Below the pieces are notes generated by a model. It was given only the letters and a program-made list of their open reading frames with translations. It was not told the DNA's origin and searched no databases. From an uncultured Actinomycetota bacterium (GTDB taxonomy: Bacteria > Actinomycetota > Actinomycetes > Mycobacteriales > Pseudonocardiaceae): a DNA stretch of 64,000 bases. Made by a program: the position numbers and the translations under genes. The stretch spans positions 12,976 to 76,975 of the forward strand of contig CAWGMP010000026.1 in NCBI GenBank assembly GCA_963823755.1, given 5' to 3'. Below are positions 11,940 to 22,031 of this stretch, piece by piece; position 1 is the stretch's first letter, and each line of letters opens with the position of its first letter.

Positions 11940-12997
11940 CTAACCTTTCGCGGACGCCCCCGCGTCCACTCCGGCCTCAACATGCTGCTCGCGAGTGATC
12001 GGGGCGGGTGCGCCGGTGAGCGGATCGAAACCACCACCGGACTTCGGGAAGGCGATGACCTCGCGCAGCGAGTCCGCACCGACAAGCAGCATGCAGATCC
12101 GGTCCCAGCCGAACGCGATTCCCCCGTGCGGCGGCGGACCGTAGCGAAACGCCTCCAGCAGGAACCCGAACTTCTCCCACGCTTCGTCGTCGGAGATCCC
12201 CAACACCTGGAACACCCGCTGCTGCACGTCGGGCTGGTGGATACGGATCGAGCCGCCGCCGATCTCGTTGCCGTTGCAGACGATGTCGTAGGCATAGGCC
12301 AATGCTGCACCCAGCAGCCCACGAGCGTCACGGGGATCACCGGCCGCGAAAAGACACAGTCACCGGGGTTGGCACCGACCGCCTTGGCCAGACTTTCCCG
12401 CTCATGCTCGGCGAGATTGCGGGCCACCGGGCCGGACAGCTCACCATCGACGCCGATCAGCACGTGGGCCAAGCCCTTGGCGCCGCGCTGTTTGGCCCAT
12501 TCCTGCCAGGCGTCCAGTTGCCGGCGCGACTGCCCCGCCCCGCCGGGCATGACGACCGCCCCCACGTAGGGCGCCTGGAACACTCGGAAGGGGGTGTCGA
12601 CGAAGTGACTGGTGAGCTCGGTGAGTTCGAGCCCGAAACGCAGGTCCGGCTTGTCGGTGCCATAGCGCGCCATCGCATCGAGGTAGCTCAGCCGGTTGAT
12701 CGGCAACTCGATCTGATGCCCGGCCAGCTCCGACCACAGGGCGGCGATCACTTTCTCGCTCACCGCAATCACGTCGTCCTGCTCGATGAAGCTCATCTCG
12801 ATATCGAGCTGGGTGAACTCGGGTTGCCGGTCGGCGCGGAAGTCCTCGTCCCGATAGCAGCGGGCGATCTGGTAGTACCGCTCCATGCCAGCAACCATGA
12901 GTAGCTGCTTGAACAACTGCGGCGACTGCGGCAGCGCGTACCAGCTGCCGGGCTGTAGCCGCGCAGGCACCAGGAAATCCCGGCCGCCACGAGCCAT
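11940..12997 (-). pseudogene. aspS: aspartate--tRNA ligase remnant (N-terminally truncated, frameshifted, internally deleted)
   Basis: The reading frame begins only at ...[36 protein letters not shown] and [20 protein letters not shown] (motifs 1/2), so the anticodon-binding OB domain is absent. The frame is lost at an A/T run at 12349..12352. The C-terminal part ([21 protein letters not shown]...GGIAFGWDR...AFPK) follows directly after ...LLGAA. Confidence 0.8.
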
Positions 12998-13026
12998 GAT
13001 AAACCTAAGGATGACGAACGCGGAGA

Positions 13027-14004
13027 CTAGAACCGTTGGCGGGTCTTGCTCGGCGGTGCGGCACCGAGGCCGTAGCGCCCAGCCAACGCTGCCACCCTGG
13101 CGGAGATGCCGTGCTGGTATGCCTTGGGCGCATACGCGCCCCGCCCGTACAGCTCATGATAGCGAGGCACCAGCTCTGGGTACTCACGTTCCAGCCAGGC
13201 GAGATACCACTCCCGCGCACCGGGGCGCAGGTGAAGCACCAGCGGGGTGACGCTGCGAGCACCGGCAGCCGCGATCGCCCACACCGTCGCTTCGAGCTGG
13301 CGGGGCGAGTCGGTGAGGTACGGCAGGATCGGCGCCATCAGCACCCCGCAGCCGATGCCCGCATCGGTGAGTGTGCGACACACGCTGAGTCGGGCGCGGG
13401 GCGCGGGCGTGCCGGGCTCGACTCGCCGCCACAACGCCTCGTCGACGAATCCCACAGAGACGTTGACCAAAACGTCGGTGACTTCGGCGGCGTCGCGCAG
13501 CAGATCCAGGTCGCGCAGCACCAGGGTGCCCTTGGTGAGGATCGAAAACGGGTTCCGCGCGTCGCGCAATTCCTCAAGGATGGCGGGCATCAGCCGGTAG
13601 CGCCCCTCGGCCCGCTGGTAGGGATCGACATTGGTGCCCATCGCGACGGGCTCCCCTGTCCAGTGCGGCGACGCGAGTTCCTTGCGCAGCAGCTCTGGCG
13701 CGTTGACTTTCACCACGATCTTCGAGTCGAAGTCGATCCCGGAGTCAAGATCGAGATACTCGTGCGTCCGCCGGGCGAAACAGTAGACACAAGAATGGCT
13801 GCAGCCCCGGTACGGGTTGAGTGTCCAGTTGAAGGGCATCCGGGAGGCGCCCGGTACCTTGTTGAGGATCGAGCGGGCTCGCACCTCGTAGAACGTCATC
13901 CCGCGGAACTCCGGGGCGTCGAAGGTGCGAGTGACGACGTCGCCCACCCCGAACAACGCGCCCTGGGCGGACTCGTCGGACAGCGTCAGGTTCTCCCATC
14001 GCAT
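13027..14004 (-). CDS. radical SAM protein (Rv2578c-like family)
   Basis: ATG at 14004 (MRWENLTL). Contains the CxxxCxxC cluster motif [10 protein letters not shown]. About 325 aa. The longer ORF start at 14223 overlaps the divergent gene. Confidence 0.75.
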   Translation of the reverse strand: MRWENLTLSDESAQGALFGVGDVVTRTFDAPEFRGMTFYEVRARSILNKVPGASRMPFNWTLNPYRGCSHSCVYCFARRTHEYLDLDSGIDFDSKIVVKVNAPELLRKELASPHWTGEPVAMGTNVDPYQRAEGRYRLMPAILEELRDARNPFSILTKGTLVLRDLDLLRDAAEVTDVLVNVSVGFVDEALWRRVEPGTPAPRARLSVCRTLTDAGIGCGVLMAPILPYLTDSPRQLEATVWAIAAAGARSVTPLVLHLRPGAREWYLAWLEREYPELVPRYHELYGRGAYAPKAYQHGISARVAALAGRYGLGAAPPSKTRQRF

Positions 14005-14078
14005 CGACCCATCATATCGAACTGGCGTTCGATTCGCAGTAACGCCGGGAGCACTCAGTCCAGAGAGGGACACCCAGG

Positions 14079-15335
14079 ATGAGCGCCACAGTCCGTAACG
14101 GCGGCAGGCACCATTACCGGGGCGCCGCTGAACCGACCAGAGCGGGATCTGGTCACGGACACGGTCCGGCACCACCCGCGTCTCGCCGGGTACGAACGCT
14201 GCTGGTCGCGGCCCTGGTACCACTCGCCCTGGCTACCCTGGTCGGGCTGTGGCTGACCTGGCCGGGGGACACGCCCCGCAGCAGTGCCGACATCGGGTTC
14301 GGGCAGCGACCGGTGCAGGGCGAGGTGCTCGCGGCGGCCTCAGCCCCCTGCACCGGCGGCGGCACGGGCATCGGCGGGGCCGGCCAATCCAAGAAGTGTG
14401 TCTCACTCGATGTGCAGCTCACCGACGGCGACTCACCGGGTGTGACCATCCAGCAGGTGCTACCCGACGAGCCGGGCACGCCACGGTTCACCGTCGGTGA
14501 TCGTGTCATGCTCGCATACACCGGCGGAAATCCCTCTGCACCAGAGTCGTACCAACTCCAGGATTTCCAGCGCGGCTCCTCGATGCTGTGGCTGGCCGCG
14601 TTGTTCGCCGCCGCGGTGCTGCTGCTCGGCCGGTGGAGAGGCCTCGCGTCGCTGATCGCGCTCGGCTTCAGCTTCCTGGTTCTGGTGATCTACCTGTTCC
14701 CGGCGATCTTGACCGGCGGGAACCCGGTGGTAGCGGGCATTCTGGCCGCCAGCGTGATCATGTTCGGCGTGCTGTACCTCACCCACGGCGTCTCAGCACA
14801 GACCTCCTGCGCAGTGCTGGGGACGGTGTTGAGCCTCGGGCTGATCGGCACGCTGGGTACCGCGTTCTCCGCAGCCACCCGGTTGACCGGACTGGACGAC
14901 GACACCGACAACCTCATCAGGGTGCTCGGGCACGGGATCGACGCACGCGGGTTGCTACTCGCCGGAATGATCGTCGGTGCCCTGGGCGTACTCGACGATG
15001 TCACAGTCACCCAAACCAGTGCGGTGTGGGAGCTACGCCGGGCCAATCCCGCCCTGGGCGCCCGTGCGCTCTACACCGCCGCGTTGCGGATCGGCCGCGA
15101 CCACGTGTCCTCGGCCGTCAACACCCTGGCGCTGGCCTACGCCGGCGCCGCGCTACCCGTCCTGCTGACGTTCTCACTATCCGGACAAAGCTTCGGCACC
15201 CTGATCACCGCTCAGAACGTCGCCCAGGAGGTGGTGCGCACCCTGGTCGGCAGCATCGGGCTCGTCGCCGCCGTCCCGATCACTACCGCGATCGCCGCCG
15301 TCGTCGCCCGACATGACGAGATCGACACCGCTTGA
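14079..15335 (+). CDS. YibE/F family integral membrane protein
   Basis: 418 aa with an N-terminal TM helix, an extracytoplasmic domain and then a multi-TM block typical of YibE/F (LIALGFSFLVLVIYLFPAIL...). A GAGAGGGA RBS precedes the ATG. Confidence 0.65.
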   Translation: MSATVRNGGRHHYRGAAEPTRAGSGHGHGPAPPASRRVRTLLVAALVPLALATLVGLWLTWPGDTPRSSADIGFGQRPVQGEVLAAASAPCTGGGTGIGGAGQSKKCVSLDVQLTDGDSPGVTIQQVLPDEPGTPRFTVGDRVMLAYTGGNPSAPESYQLQDFQRGSSMLWLAALFAAAVLLLGRWRGLASLIALGFSFLVLVIYLFPAILTGGNPVVAGILAASVIMFGVLYLTHGVSAQTSCAVLGTVLSLGLIGTLGTAFSAATRLTGLDDDTDNLIRVLGHGIDARGLLLAGMIVGALGVLDDVTVTQTSAVWELRRANPALGARALYTAALRIGRDHVSSAVNTLALAYAGAALPVLLTFSLSGQSFGTLITAQNVAQEVVRTLVGSIGLVAAVPITTAIAAVVARHDEIDTA

Positions 15336-15412
15336 CGATCTTTGCGCCGCTGTGACCTGCTGGGACAAGTCAGGCGCGAACTTGAGGCAATGAGTCTGTG
15401 CCATGTCCCGAG

Positions 15413-16138
15413 TTACAATCCTCGGGGCCGACCAGGTGCGGCGAGGCCGTGCAGGAACGGGTTGCTGGCGCGCTCTCGTCCGATGGTGGTCTGCGGGCCG
15501 TGGCCAGGCAACACGACGGTCTCGTCGTCCAGCACGAGGATCTTGTCCCGGAGCGAGGCGAGCATCTGCTGGTGGTCACCGCCGGGTAGGTCGGTTCGCC
15601 CGATCGAGCCGGCGAACAGCGTGTCTCCGGAAACCAGCACGCTCTGCCCTTGACCGGGGCTTTTACCGGGCTCTGCACTGGACCCCTCACCGGTCACCCA
15701 ACGGAATGTCACCGAGCCGCGGGTGTGACCCGGAGTGTGGTCGACGGTGAAGGTCAGTCCGGCCAGGTCCATGGACGCCCCGTCCGCCAGCGCACGCACC
15801 TCATGCGGCTCACGCAGCTGGACCCGGCCGCCGAAGAACTGCCGCGCCTCAGCGGACAGGGCGCGCAATGGGTCAGACAACAGCACCCGGTCCTCAGGGT
15901 GGATCCAGGCCGGGATGTCATTGCCGTCACATACCGGAGCCACCGCGAAGATGTGATCGAAATGTCCGTGAGTGAGCAGCACTGCCACCGGGTTGAGCCG
16001 GTGCTGGCGCAGCAGCTCGTCCAGCGGTTGCTCCGCACCCTCCCCGGGGTCGACCACCACGCACGGGCCACCGGCCTCGAGCGCGAGCACGAAACAGTTC
16101 GCCTGGAAGGAACCGGTGGGAAAACCTGCGATGAGCAC
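15413..16138 (-). CDS. MBL-fold metallo-hydrolase (hydroxyacylglutathione hydrolase-like)
   Basis: 241 aa with the HxHxDH motif (LLTHGHFDHIF) and TPGHTRGS. Confidence 0.8.
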   Translation of the reverse strand: MLIAGFPTGSFQANCFVLALEAGGPCVVVDPGEGAEQPLDELLRQHRLNPVAVLLTHGHFDHIFAVAPVCDGNDIPAWIHPEDRVLLSDPLRALSAEARQFFGGRVQLREPHEVRALADGASMDLAGLTFTVDHTPGHTRGSVTFRWVTGEGSSAEPGKSPGQGQSVLVSGDTLFAGSIGRTDLPGGDHQQMLASLRDKILVLDDETVVLPGHGPQTTIGRERASNPFLHGLAAPGRPRGL

Positions 16139-16241
16139 GCGTCCAGCCTAGGGTGCGCCCGGCAGGGAGGCTGACGCCAGACGCACCCGCAGCCCACCTA
16201 CACTGCGCGGCGAGCAGATGCCGAGCCAACAGGAGTCCCGG

Positions 16242-17114
16242 GTGCCTACGAACGAGCAGCGTCGCGAGGCCGCGAAGCGCAAACTGGATCGCCAACTCGC
16301 CCGCCGCGCGGAGCGAGCCAAGGCGCGCCGCAGGTACGCGGTGGCCGGCAGCGCGGCTGCGGTGGTGCTGGTCGTCGGCATTGTGGTCCTGAGCGTGATG
16401 CTGAGCAACCGTGGCCAGAAGGTCGACGCCACCGCGAAGCCGTCCACGCCAGTCGATACGAGCACTGCAGCCAAGCCTCGCGCCGACAGTAAACTGGCCG
16501 CCTCACCGGTCCGACCGAAACCGCTGCCCGCCTCGGTGGATTGCCACTACACCACCAGCCAACAGCCCCCGGCCAAGCCGGTGAAGCTCCCGCTGGCCGG
16601 CTCCACCTCCGCCACTGGCACGGCGCGAGTGACCATGCAGACCTCGGTCGGCGCGATCGGCCTCACCCTCGACCGGGCGCTGGCCCCGTGCACCGTGAAC
16701 AGCTTCGTCAGCCTGGCTAAGCAGGGTTTCTACGCCAACAGCCCGTGCCACCGGCTGGTCACCAACCCTGGGTTGCAGGTTCTGCAATGCGGTGATCCGA
16801 CCGGTTCGGGCTCCGGTGGGCCCGGGTACACCATCCCAGACGAGGTGTTTCCGGAGCTGACCTACGGGCGTGGGCTCGTCGCCATGGCCAACACCGGCCA
16901 GCCCGATAGTGGCGGTAGCCAGTTCTTCCTGATCTACGGTCAGACCCAGCTCCCACCCCAGTACACCGTCTTTGCCACGATTTCCCCAGAGGGTCTCAAA
17001 GTTCTCGACCAGGTAGCCAAGGCGGGCGACGATAGGTCGCTGGAGCCATCCCCCGGTGGAGGCAAGCCCAACCAACCGGTCACCATCACATCCGTCGACA
17101 TCACGTCAACCTGA
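16242..17114 (+). CDS. ppiB: membrane-anchored cyclophilin-type peptidyl-prolyl cis-trans isomerase
   Basis: GTG at 16242 is preceded by AGGAG (VPTNEQRREAAKRKL). The protein has a TM anchor and a cyclophilin core (FHRLV..., GGPGYTIPDE, MANTGQPDSGGSQFFL). Confidence 0.8.
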   Translation: MPTNEQRREAAKRKLDRQLARRAERAKARRRYAVAGSAAAVVLVVGIVVLSVMLSNRGQKVDATAKPSTPVDTSTAAKPRADSKLAASPVRPKPLPASVDCHYTTSQQPPAKPVKLPLAGSTSATGTARVTMQTSVGAIGLTLDRALAPCTVNSFVSLAKQGFYANSPCHRLVTNPGLQVLQCGDPTGSGSGGPGYTIPDEVFPELTYGRGLVAMANTGQPDSGGSQFFLIYGQTQLPPQYTVFATISPEGLKVLDQVAKAGDDRSLEPSPGGGKPNQPVTITSVDITST

Positions 17115-17115
17115 C

Positions 17116-17131
17116 GACCCCGGAAGGGGTC
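17116..17131. terminator. short GC hairpin between convergent ppiB and relA
   Basis: GACCCC-GGAA-GGGGTC lies immediately after the ppiB stop (17114) and 21 bp before the relA stop (17153). Confidence 0.4.
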
Positions 17132-17152
17132 AGCCGGATGAACCTCGGGAGG

Positions 17153-19486
17153 TCAGTTGGACGACGTGACGCGATAGACGTCGTAGACGCCTTCGATGTT
17201 GCGCACCGAACGGAGCACATGCCCCAGGTGTTTCGGATCGCCCATCTCGAATGAGAAGCGGCTCACCGCCACCCGGTCTCGGGTGGTGGTGACCGAGGCG
17301 GACAGGATGTTGACACGCCCGTCAGCGAGCACCTTAGTGACATCGGAGAGCAACCGGTGCCGGTCCAGCGCCTCGACCTGGATCGCAACCAGGAACACCG
17401 ATGACGAAGACGGCACCCACTCGACGCCGACCAGACGCTCGGGCTGGGCCCGCAGCGACTCGGCGTTGGTGCAGTCGGTACGGTGCACGCTGACTCCGCT
17501 ACCCCGGGTGACGAAACCGAGGATCTCGTCACCCGGCACCGGCGTGCAACACCGGGCGAGCTTGGCGTAGATGTCTCCGGCGCCCCGCACCCGCACGCCG
17601 GAGTCGCCGGTCGGTCGACGGCGCTGGACGGTGGAGGGAGTGGCTCGTTCGGCCAGCACCTCCTCGGCGCCCTCCTCACCGCCGAGCAGCGCCACCAGGC
17701 GCTGCACCACGTGGCGAGGCGAGGCGTGGTGCTCGCCGACGGCGGCATAGAGGGCGCTGACGTCGGGATAACGTAGTTCTCGGGACACCGCGACCATCGA
17801 CTCGGCAGAGACCAGCCGCTGCACTGGTAGCCCCACCCGGCGCAGTTCCTTGGCGATGGCGCCCTTGCCACCTTCGATGGCCTCTTCGCGACGTTCCTTG
17901 GCGAACCACTGCCGGATCTTGGCCCGGGCTCGGGGCGATGCGACGAAGGACAGCCAGTCCCGGCTGGGACCGGCTCCTCCCGCCTTCGAGGTGAAGATCT
18001 CGACGACTTCACCGTTGTCCAGCTGTCGCTCCAGTGCGACGAGCTGGCCGTTGAGCCGGGCGCCGATGCAGCGATTACCGACCTCGGTGTGCACCGCGTA
18101 GGCGAAGTCGACCGGTGTGGAGCCCGTGGGCAGGGTGATGACGTCGCCCTTGGGCGTGAAGACGAAGATCTCACGGGTGGCCAGGTCGTAGCGCAACGAC
18201 TCGAGGAACTCACTGGGGTCGGCAGCCTCGCGCTGCCAGTCCAGCAGCTGGCGCATCCAGGCCATCTCATCAACATCCACGGTTGTGTTGTGGGTGCCGT
18301 TGGTCTCCTTGTACCGCCAGTGCGCGGCGATGCCGTACTCCGCCGTTCGATGCATATCGTGGGTGCGGATCTGCACCTCCAGCGGTTTGCCGTCCGGCCC
18401 GATCACGGTGGTGTGCAGCGACTGGTAGACCCCGAATCGGGGCTGCGCGACGTAGTCCTTGAATCGACCGGGCATCGGCTGCCAGACCGAGTGCACCACA
18501 CCGATCGCGGCATAGCAGTCGCGTATGTCCTCGACCATGATCCGCACCCCGACCAGGTCGTGGATGTCGTCGAAATCGCGACCGCGCACGATCATCTTCT
18601 GGTAGATCGAGTAGTAATGCTTGGGCCTGCCCTCAACGGTGGCGGTGATCCGCGACCCGGTCAGCTGCGCGGAGACCTCGTCGATCACGGTCCGCAGGTA
18701 GGTGTCGCGGGATGGAGCCCGGTTGGCCACCAACCGCACGATCTCGTCGTACTTCTTCGGATGCAGGATCGCGAAGGAGAGGTCTTCCAGCTCCCACTTG
18801 ATGGTGGCCATGCCCAACCGGTGCGCCAGCGGGGCGAACACCTCCAGAGTCTCCTTGGCCTTGCGGGCCTGCTGCTCTGGTCGAAGGAAGCGCATGGTGC
18901 GCATGTTGTGCAGCCGATCCGCCAGTTTGATCACCAGCACGCGAGGATCACGGGCCATCGCAATCACCATTTTGCGGATGGTCTCGGCTTCCGCGGCGGC
19001 ACCGAGCTTGACCTTGTCGAGCTTGGTGACACCGTCGACGAGGTGCGCGACCACCTCACCGAAGGCCTCGGACAGGCGTGCCAGCGAGTAGTCGGTGTCC
19101 TCCACGGTGTCGTGGAGCAGCGCCGCGACCAGCGTGGTGGTATCCATCCCGAGCTCGGCGAGGATCGCCGAGACCGCTAACGGATGGGTGATGTAGGGAT
19201 CACCGGACTTGCGCTTCTGGTGGGCGTGTTTGTCGTCGGCGACGTCGTAGGCGCGCTGCAGCAGTGCAAGATCAGCTTTGGGATGCAGCTCCCGGTGCAC
19301 AGCGGCGAGCGGTTCAAGTACCTGCTTGACCGGCCCGGGACGCTGCGCGGTGATCCGCCGCGCGAGCCGCGCTCGCACCCGCCGGGTCGCCGAAGGCAGC
19401 CGCTGAGCAACCGTGGCTTCGTCCAGGCCTGTTGGCGGCGCATCGGTGCGCTGCAGGTCCTGGGTCACACCGCACTCTCCCGCCAT
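17153..19486 (-). CDS. relA: bifunctional (p)ppGpp synthetase/hydrolase RelA/SpoT homologue
   Basis: 777 aa with an HD hydrolase domain ([17 protein letters not shown]), a synthetase domain (YKSLHTTV-like [11 protein letters not shown]), and TGS and ACT regions. Confidence 0.95.
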   Translation of the reverse strand: MAGECGVTQDLQRTDAPPTGLDEATVAQRLPSATRRVRARLARRITAQRPGPVKQVLEPLAAVHRELHPKADLALLQRAYDVADDKHAHQKRKSGDPYITHPLAVSAILAELGMDTTTLVAALLHDTVEDTDYSLARLSEAFGEVVAHLVDGVTKLDKVKLGAAAEAETIRKMVIAMARDPRVLVIKLADRLHNMRTMRFLRPEQQARKAKETLEVFAPLAHRLGMATIKWELEDLSFAILHPKKYDEIVRLVANRAPSRDTYLRTVIDEVSAQLTGSRITATVEGRPKHYYSIYQKMIVRGRDFDDIHDLVGVRIMVEDIRDCYAAIGVVHSVWQPMPGRFKDYVAQPRFGVYQSLHTTVIGPDGKPLEVQIRTHDMHRTAEYGIAAHWRYKETNGTHNTTVDVDEMAWMRQLLDWQREAADPSEFLESLRYDLATREIFVFTPKGDVITLPTGSTPVDFAYAVHTEVGNRCIGARLNGQLVALERQLDNGEVVEIFTSKAGGAGPSRDWLSFVASPRARAKIRQWFAKERREEAIEGGKGAIAKELRRVGLPVQRLVSAESMVAVSRELRYPDVSALYAAVGEHHASPRHVVQRLVALLGGEEGAEEVLAERATPSTVQRRRPTGDSGVRVRGAGDIYAKLARCCTPVPGDEILGFVTRGSGVSVHRTDCTNAESLRAQPERLVGVEWVPSSSSVFLVAIQVEALDRHRLLSDVTKVLADGRVNILSASVTTTRDRVAVSRFSFEMGDPKHLGHVLRSVRNIEGVYDVYRVTSSN

Positions 19487-19504
19487 ATGGTGATGAGTAG
19501 ATCG

Positions 19505-20047
19505 TCAGCCTACCGTCAGCAGGGCATGCAGCGAGCGGCCGACGAGCCGATCCCGACCACCCAGCAGACCGAGCTCCAGCAGCACCGCGATGCCACCGAT
19601 TGTGGCGCCGGCCCGCTCGACCAGCGCACAGGTCGCAGCCACCGTGCCCCCGGTGGCCAGTACGTCGTCCACGATCAAAGCTCGCTGCCCGGGCCGCAGG
19701 ACGCCGTGGGCGAGTTCCAACGCGGCGACACCGTACTCCAGCGCGTAGCTTTCGCGGTCGGAGACCAGAGGTAGTTTGCCGGGTTTGCGGACTCCGACTA
19801 CACCAACGCCCATTGCGTAGGCTGCCGCAGCGCCGAGCAGGAACCCCCGTGCCTCTATCCCGACCACCACGTCGACCTGCTGAGCAGCAGCGATCAACGC
19901 ATCCACCACCGCTGGGAACGCGATCGCATCGGCGAACACAGGTGCGAGGTCCCGGAAGAGCACACCGGGCTGCGGGAAGTCCCGGACTTCCCGCACCAGT
20001 GGCGCCAGTAACGCTGCCAGATCCGCGGCGTTCGATCTGGATCGCAC
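19505..20047 (-). CDS. apt: adenine phosphoribosyltransferase
   Basis: 180 aa with DFPQPGVLFRDL and the PRPP-binding loop LIVDDVLATGGT. GTG start at 20047. Confidence 0.9.
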   Translation of the reverse strand: MRSRSNAADLAALLAPLVREVRDFPQPGVLFRDLAPVFADAIAFPAVVDALIAAAQQVDVVVGIEARGFLLGAAAAYAMGVGVVGVRKPGKLPLVSDRESYALEYGVAALELAHGVLRPGQRALIVDDVLATGGTVAATCALVERAGATIGGIAVLLELGLLGGRDRLVGRSLHALLTVG

Positions 20048-21801
20048 GCCGCGGACTTTACTCGGCCCCTGAGCTTCCCAGACCCGAAACTCCCAGATCC
20101 GGGGTGGTCAGAGTTCCCCTGCGGCCAGTTCGTCGGCTGCTCACCTGCTCTTGCAGGAGCGTCCCGCGGCCCGGTCCATGTCTGCTGTCCAAATCCCTGC
20201 GAATCCGACCGGGTTTGGGCATCTTCAGGGGTGTCCATGTCCTTGTGTGACTGGATCTTCTTCCGGATCGGCGTCAGCTTGAACACCTGAACCGTCACCG
20301 GCACGTCTGCTGGCGCCGGCACCTCTGCCGGCGCCAGCGCCAGCGGCTGGACTGATACCGGTACTGCGATCGGCAATGGCAGCGCTACCGGGATCGGCAC
20401 CTGCGACGGATTCGAGGTCGTCTCAGCAGAACCGGATGGCGGCTGTTCCGGGTTCACCGCAGTGCAGGGCTTGGGGTCTGATCCCGGCTGCTGGGTGCAC
20501 TCCGGTGGGGTGGGAGTGGACTGGTCCGGGGTAGCCGGGATGTGGGCCGTGCCGTCTGGGTGACCGGAGCCTCGGTGAAACCCGTCGGCAACGGGCTTGC
20601 CCTCTGGCGCGGGCCGGCTCTTCAGCGCCGAGATCAAAGGTGCCGGCGGCCGCGCCCTGGCGACCGGCCCGGCGGCCGCTGCTTGAGGAGCTGGCATAAG
20701 GGCGCGGTCCGCCAGCGGACCGTTGGTCACGACTCGCACCGGCGCACTGTCGTGATCAGGCTCGGGAAACGCTAGCACCGGCGATCTCCCCAATGGGTCG
20801 AAGATACTGACGCCCGGCAGGATGACCGCCAACGGCGGGCTGGATAAACCCGCAGCCAACGCCAGCGCACCACCCATAACGGCAGCCAGCCGAACTGGTT
20901 TGCGGTCCTCCCAGCCGCCGCTTCGGCGAGCGGGCACGAGTACATCGGGTAGCCCCGAGCGGTTGGCCACCAGTGTGGCCAACTCGCGTCGCCCACGTCG
21001 TTCCCAGTCGGAGCCCGCTGCGCGGGCTGCTACGTCACCGAGGTGAGCGAGCAGGCTGCGAGCGTCGGAACGGCGGCGTGGGTCCTTGGCAAGGCCGCGC
21101 AACACCAGCTCCCGAACCGGTTCGGGGACAACATCGATGTCGAGAGTGGTGCGCTCGTGCTTGGCCGAGAGCTCGGCCACACTGTCGGCGTAGAACGGCG
21201 GCGCGCCGACCAGGCACTCGAAGAACGTGATCGTGGCGGCGTATACGTCCCCCGCATGGTCCGCTGGACGCCTGCTCCATTGTTCAGGTGCCAGGTAGAA
21301 GGGCGTCGATCGAGCGAGTACCCGCCGACCATCGGAGGTCCAGAGCCCGAAGTCGACGAGCCGGATCTGACCGGCAGGGGTCAGGATCACGCCCTCAGGC
21401 TTGATGTCGCCGTGGGCCAGCCCTGCCTGATGACAGGCTGCCAGTGCGAGCAGTGCGTCCTTGAACACCACCAACGCGGCCTCGATGCCGACAGCACCGT
21501 GCGCCAGGAGCAGGGCACGCAGTGGAGTTCCCTTGGCATCCTCGCCGATGACAGCGACACCATCGTCGCACTCCAGGTAGCGGTGGACGCGAGCGACATG
21601 AGCTTCCCGAATCCGGGCCACTCGCGCGAAGTCGTGCGCGAACCGGGTACGGAACTCCGTGTCGACAAGCAGTTCGGGAGACAGGTAGGTGATCGCGAGA
21701 GACTTCCGGGTGACGCGGTGACGAGCGACCACTCGGCGGCCTACCGGGTCCTCACGTACCTCACGGGGATGCACCACACCCGGAACGGACCACCCCGCCA
21801 T
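19894..21801 (-). CDS. Ser/Thr protein kinase-like membrane protein, predicted pseudokinase, with a Pro-rich extracellular tail
   Basis: The kinase fold is recognisable (HGDIKPEGV, DFG, APE), but there is no GxGxxG loop and the VAIK lysine is replaced (LAITYL). One TM helix is followed by a long Pro-rich region. As given, the ORF overlaps apt by 154 bp. An alternative frame has a TAA about 12 nt upstream of the apt start, so the 3' end is uncertain. Confidence 0.65.
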   Translation of the reverse strand: MAGWSVPGVVHPREVREDPVGRRVVARHRVTRKSLAITYLSPELLVDTEFRTRFAHDFARVARIREAHVARVHRYLECDDGVAVIGEDAKGTPLRALLLAHGAVGIEAALVVFKDALLALAACHQAGLAHGDIKPEGVILTPAGQIRLVDFGLWTSDGRRVLARSTPFYLAPEQWSRRPADHAGDVYAATITFFECLVGAPPFYADSVAELSAKHERTTLDIDVVPEPVRELVLRGLAKDPRRRSDARSLLAHLGDVAARAAGSDWERRGRRELATLVANRSGLPDVLVPARRSGGWEDRKPVRLAAVMGGALALAAGLSSPPLAVILPGVSIFDPLGRSPVLAFPEPDHDSAPVRVVTNGPLADRALMPAPQAAAAGPVARARPPAPLISALKSRPAPEGKPVADGFHRGSGHPDGTAHIPATPDQSTPTPPECTQQPGSDPKPCTAVNPEQPPSGSAETTSNPSQVPIPVALPLPIAVPVSVQPLALAPAEVPAPADVPVTVQVFKLTPIRKKIQSHKDMDTPEDAQTRSDSQGFGQQTWTGPRDAPARAGEQPTNWPQGNSDHPGSGSFGSGKLRGRVKSAACDPDRTPRIWQRYWRHWCGKSGTSRSPVCSSGTSHLCSPMRSRSQRWWMR

Positions 21802-22031
21802 CCCCGATCCTCCCTAGCCGCCCCTACGGTGTCGCCCCGTACCCCTCACTCCCCGGAGCGACATCCGGCGTCTGACTACAGAGCGTTCTCTCAAAAAGAG
21901 TCAGAGGCAAGTCCTTAGGGCGACAACGCACCACATAGGTGATGAAGGGTGAAGCAACGACAACTGCTCGCCAGCAGCTGATTACGTTGTGTAATGATCG
22001 CAACTCAGCGTAGTTGAGCCAGCTAGCCGGG

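Noticed and set aside
15406-15426. Hairpin CCCGAG-N8-CTCGGG at the MBL hydrolase stop, as a terminator.
   Set aside because: The 6-bp stem has an AT-rich loop and overlaps the stop codon, and there is no T-tract. This is too weak to call with confidence.
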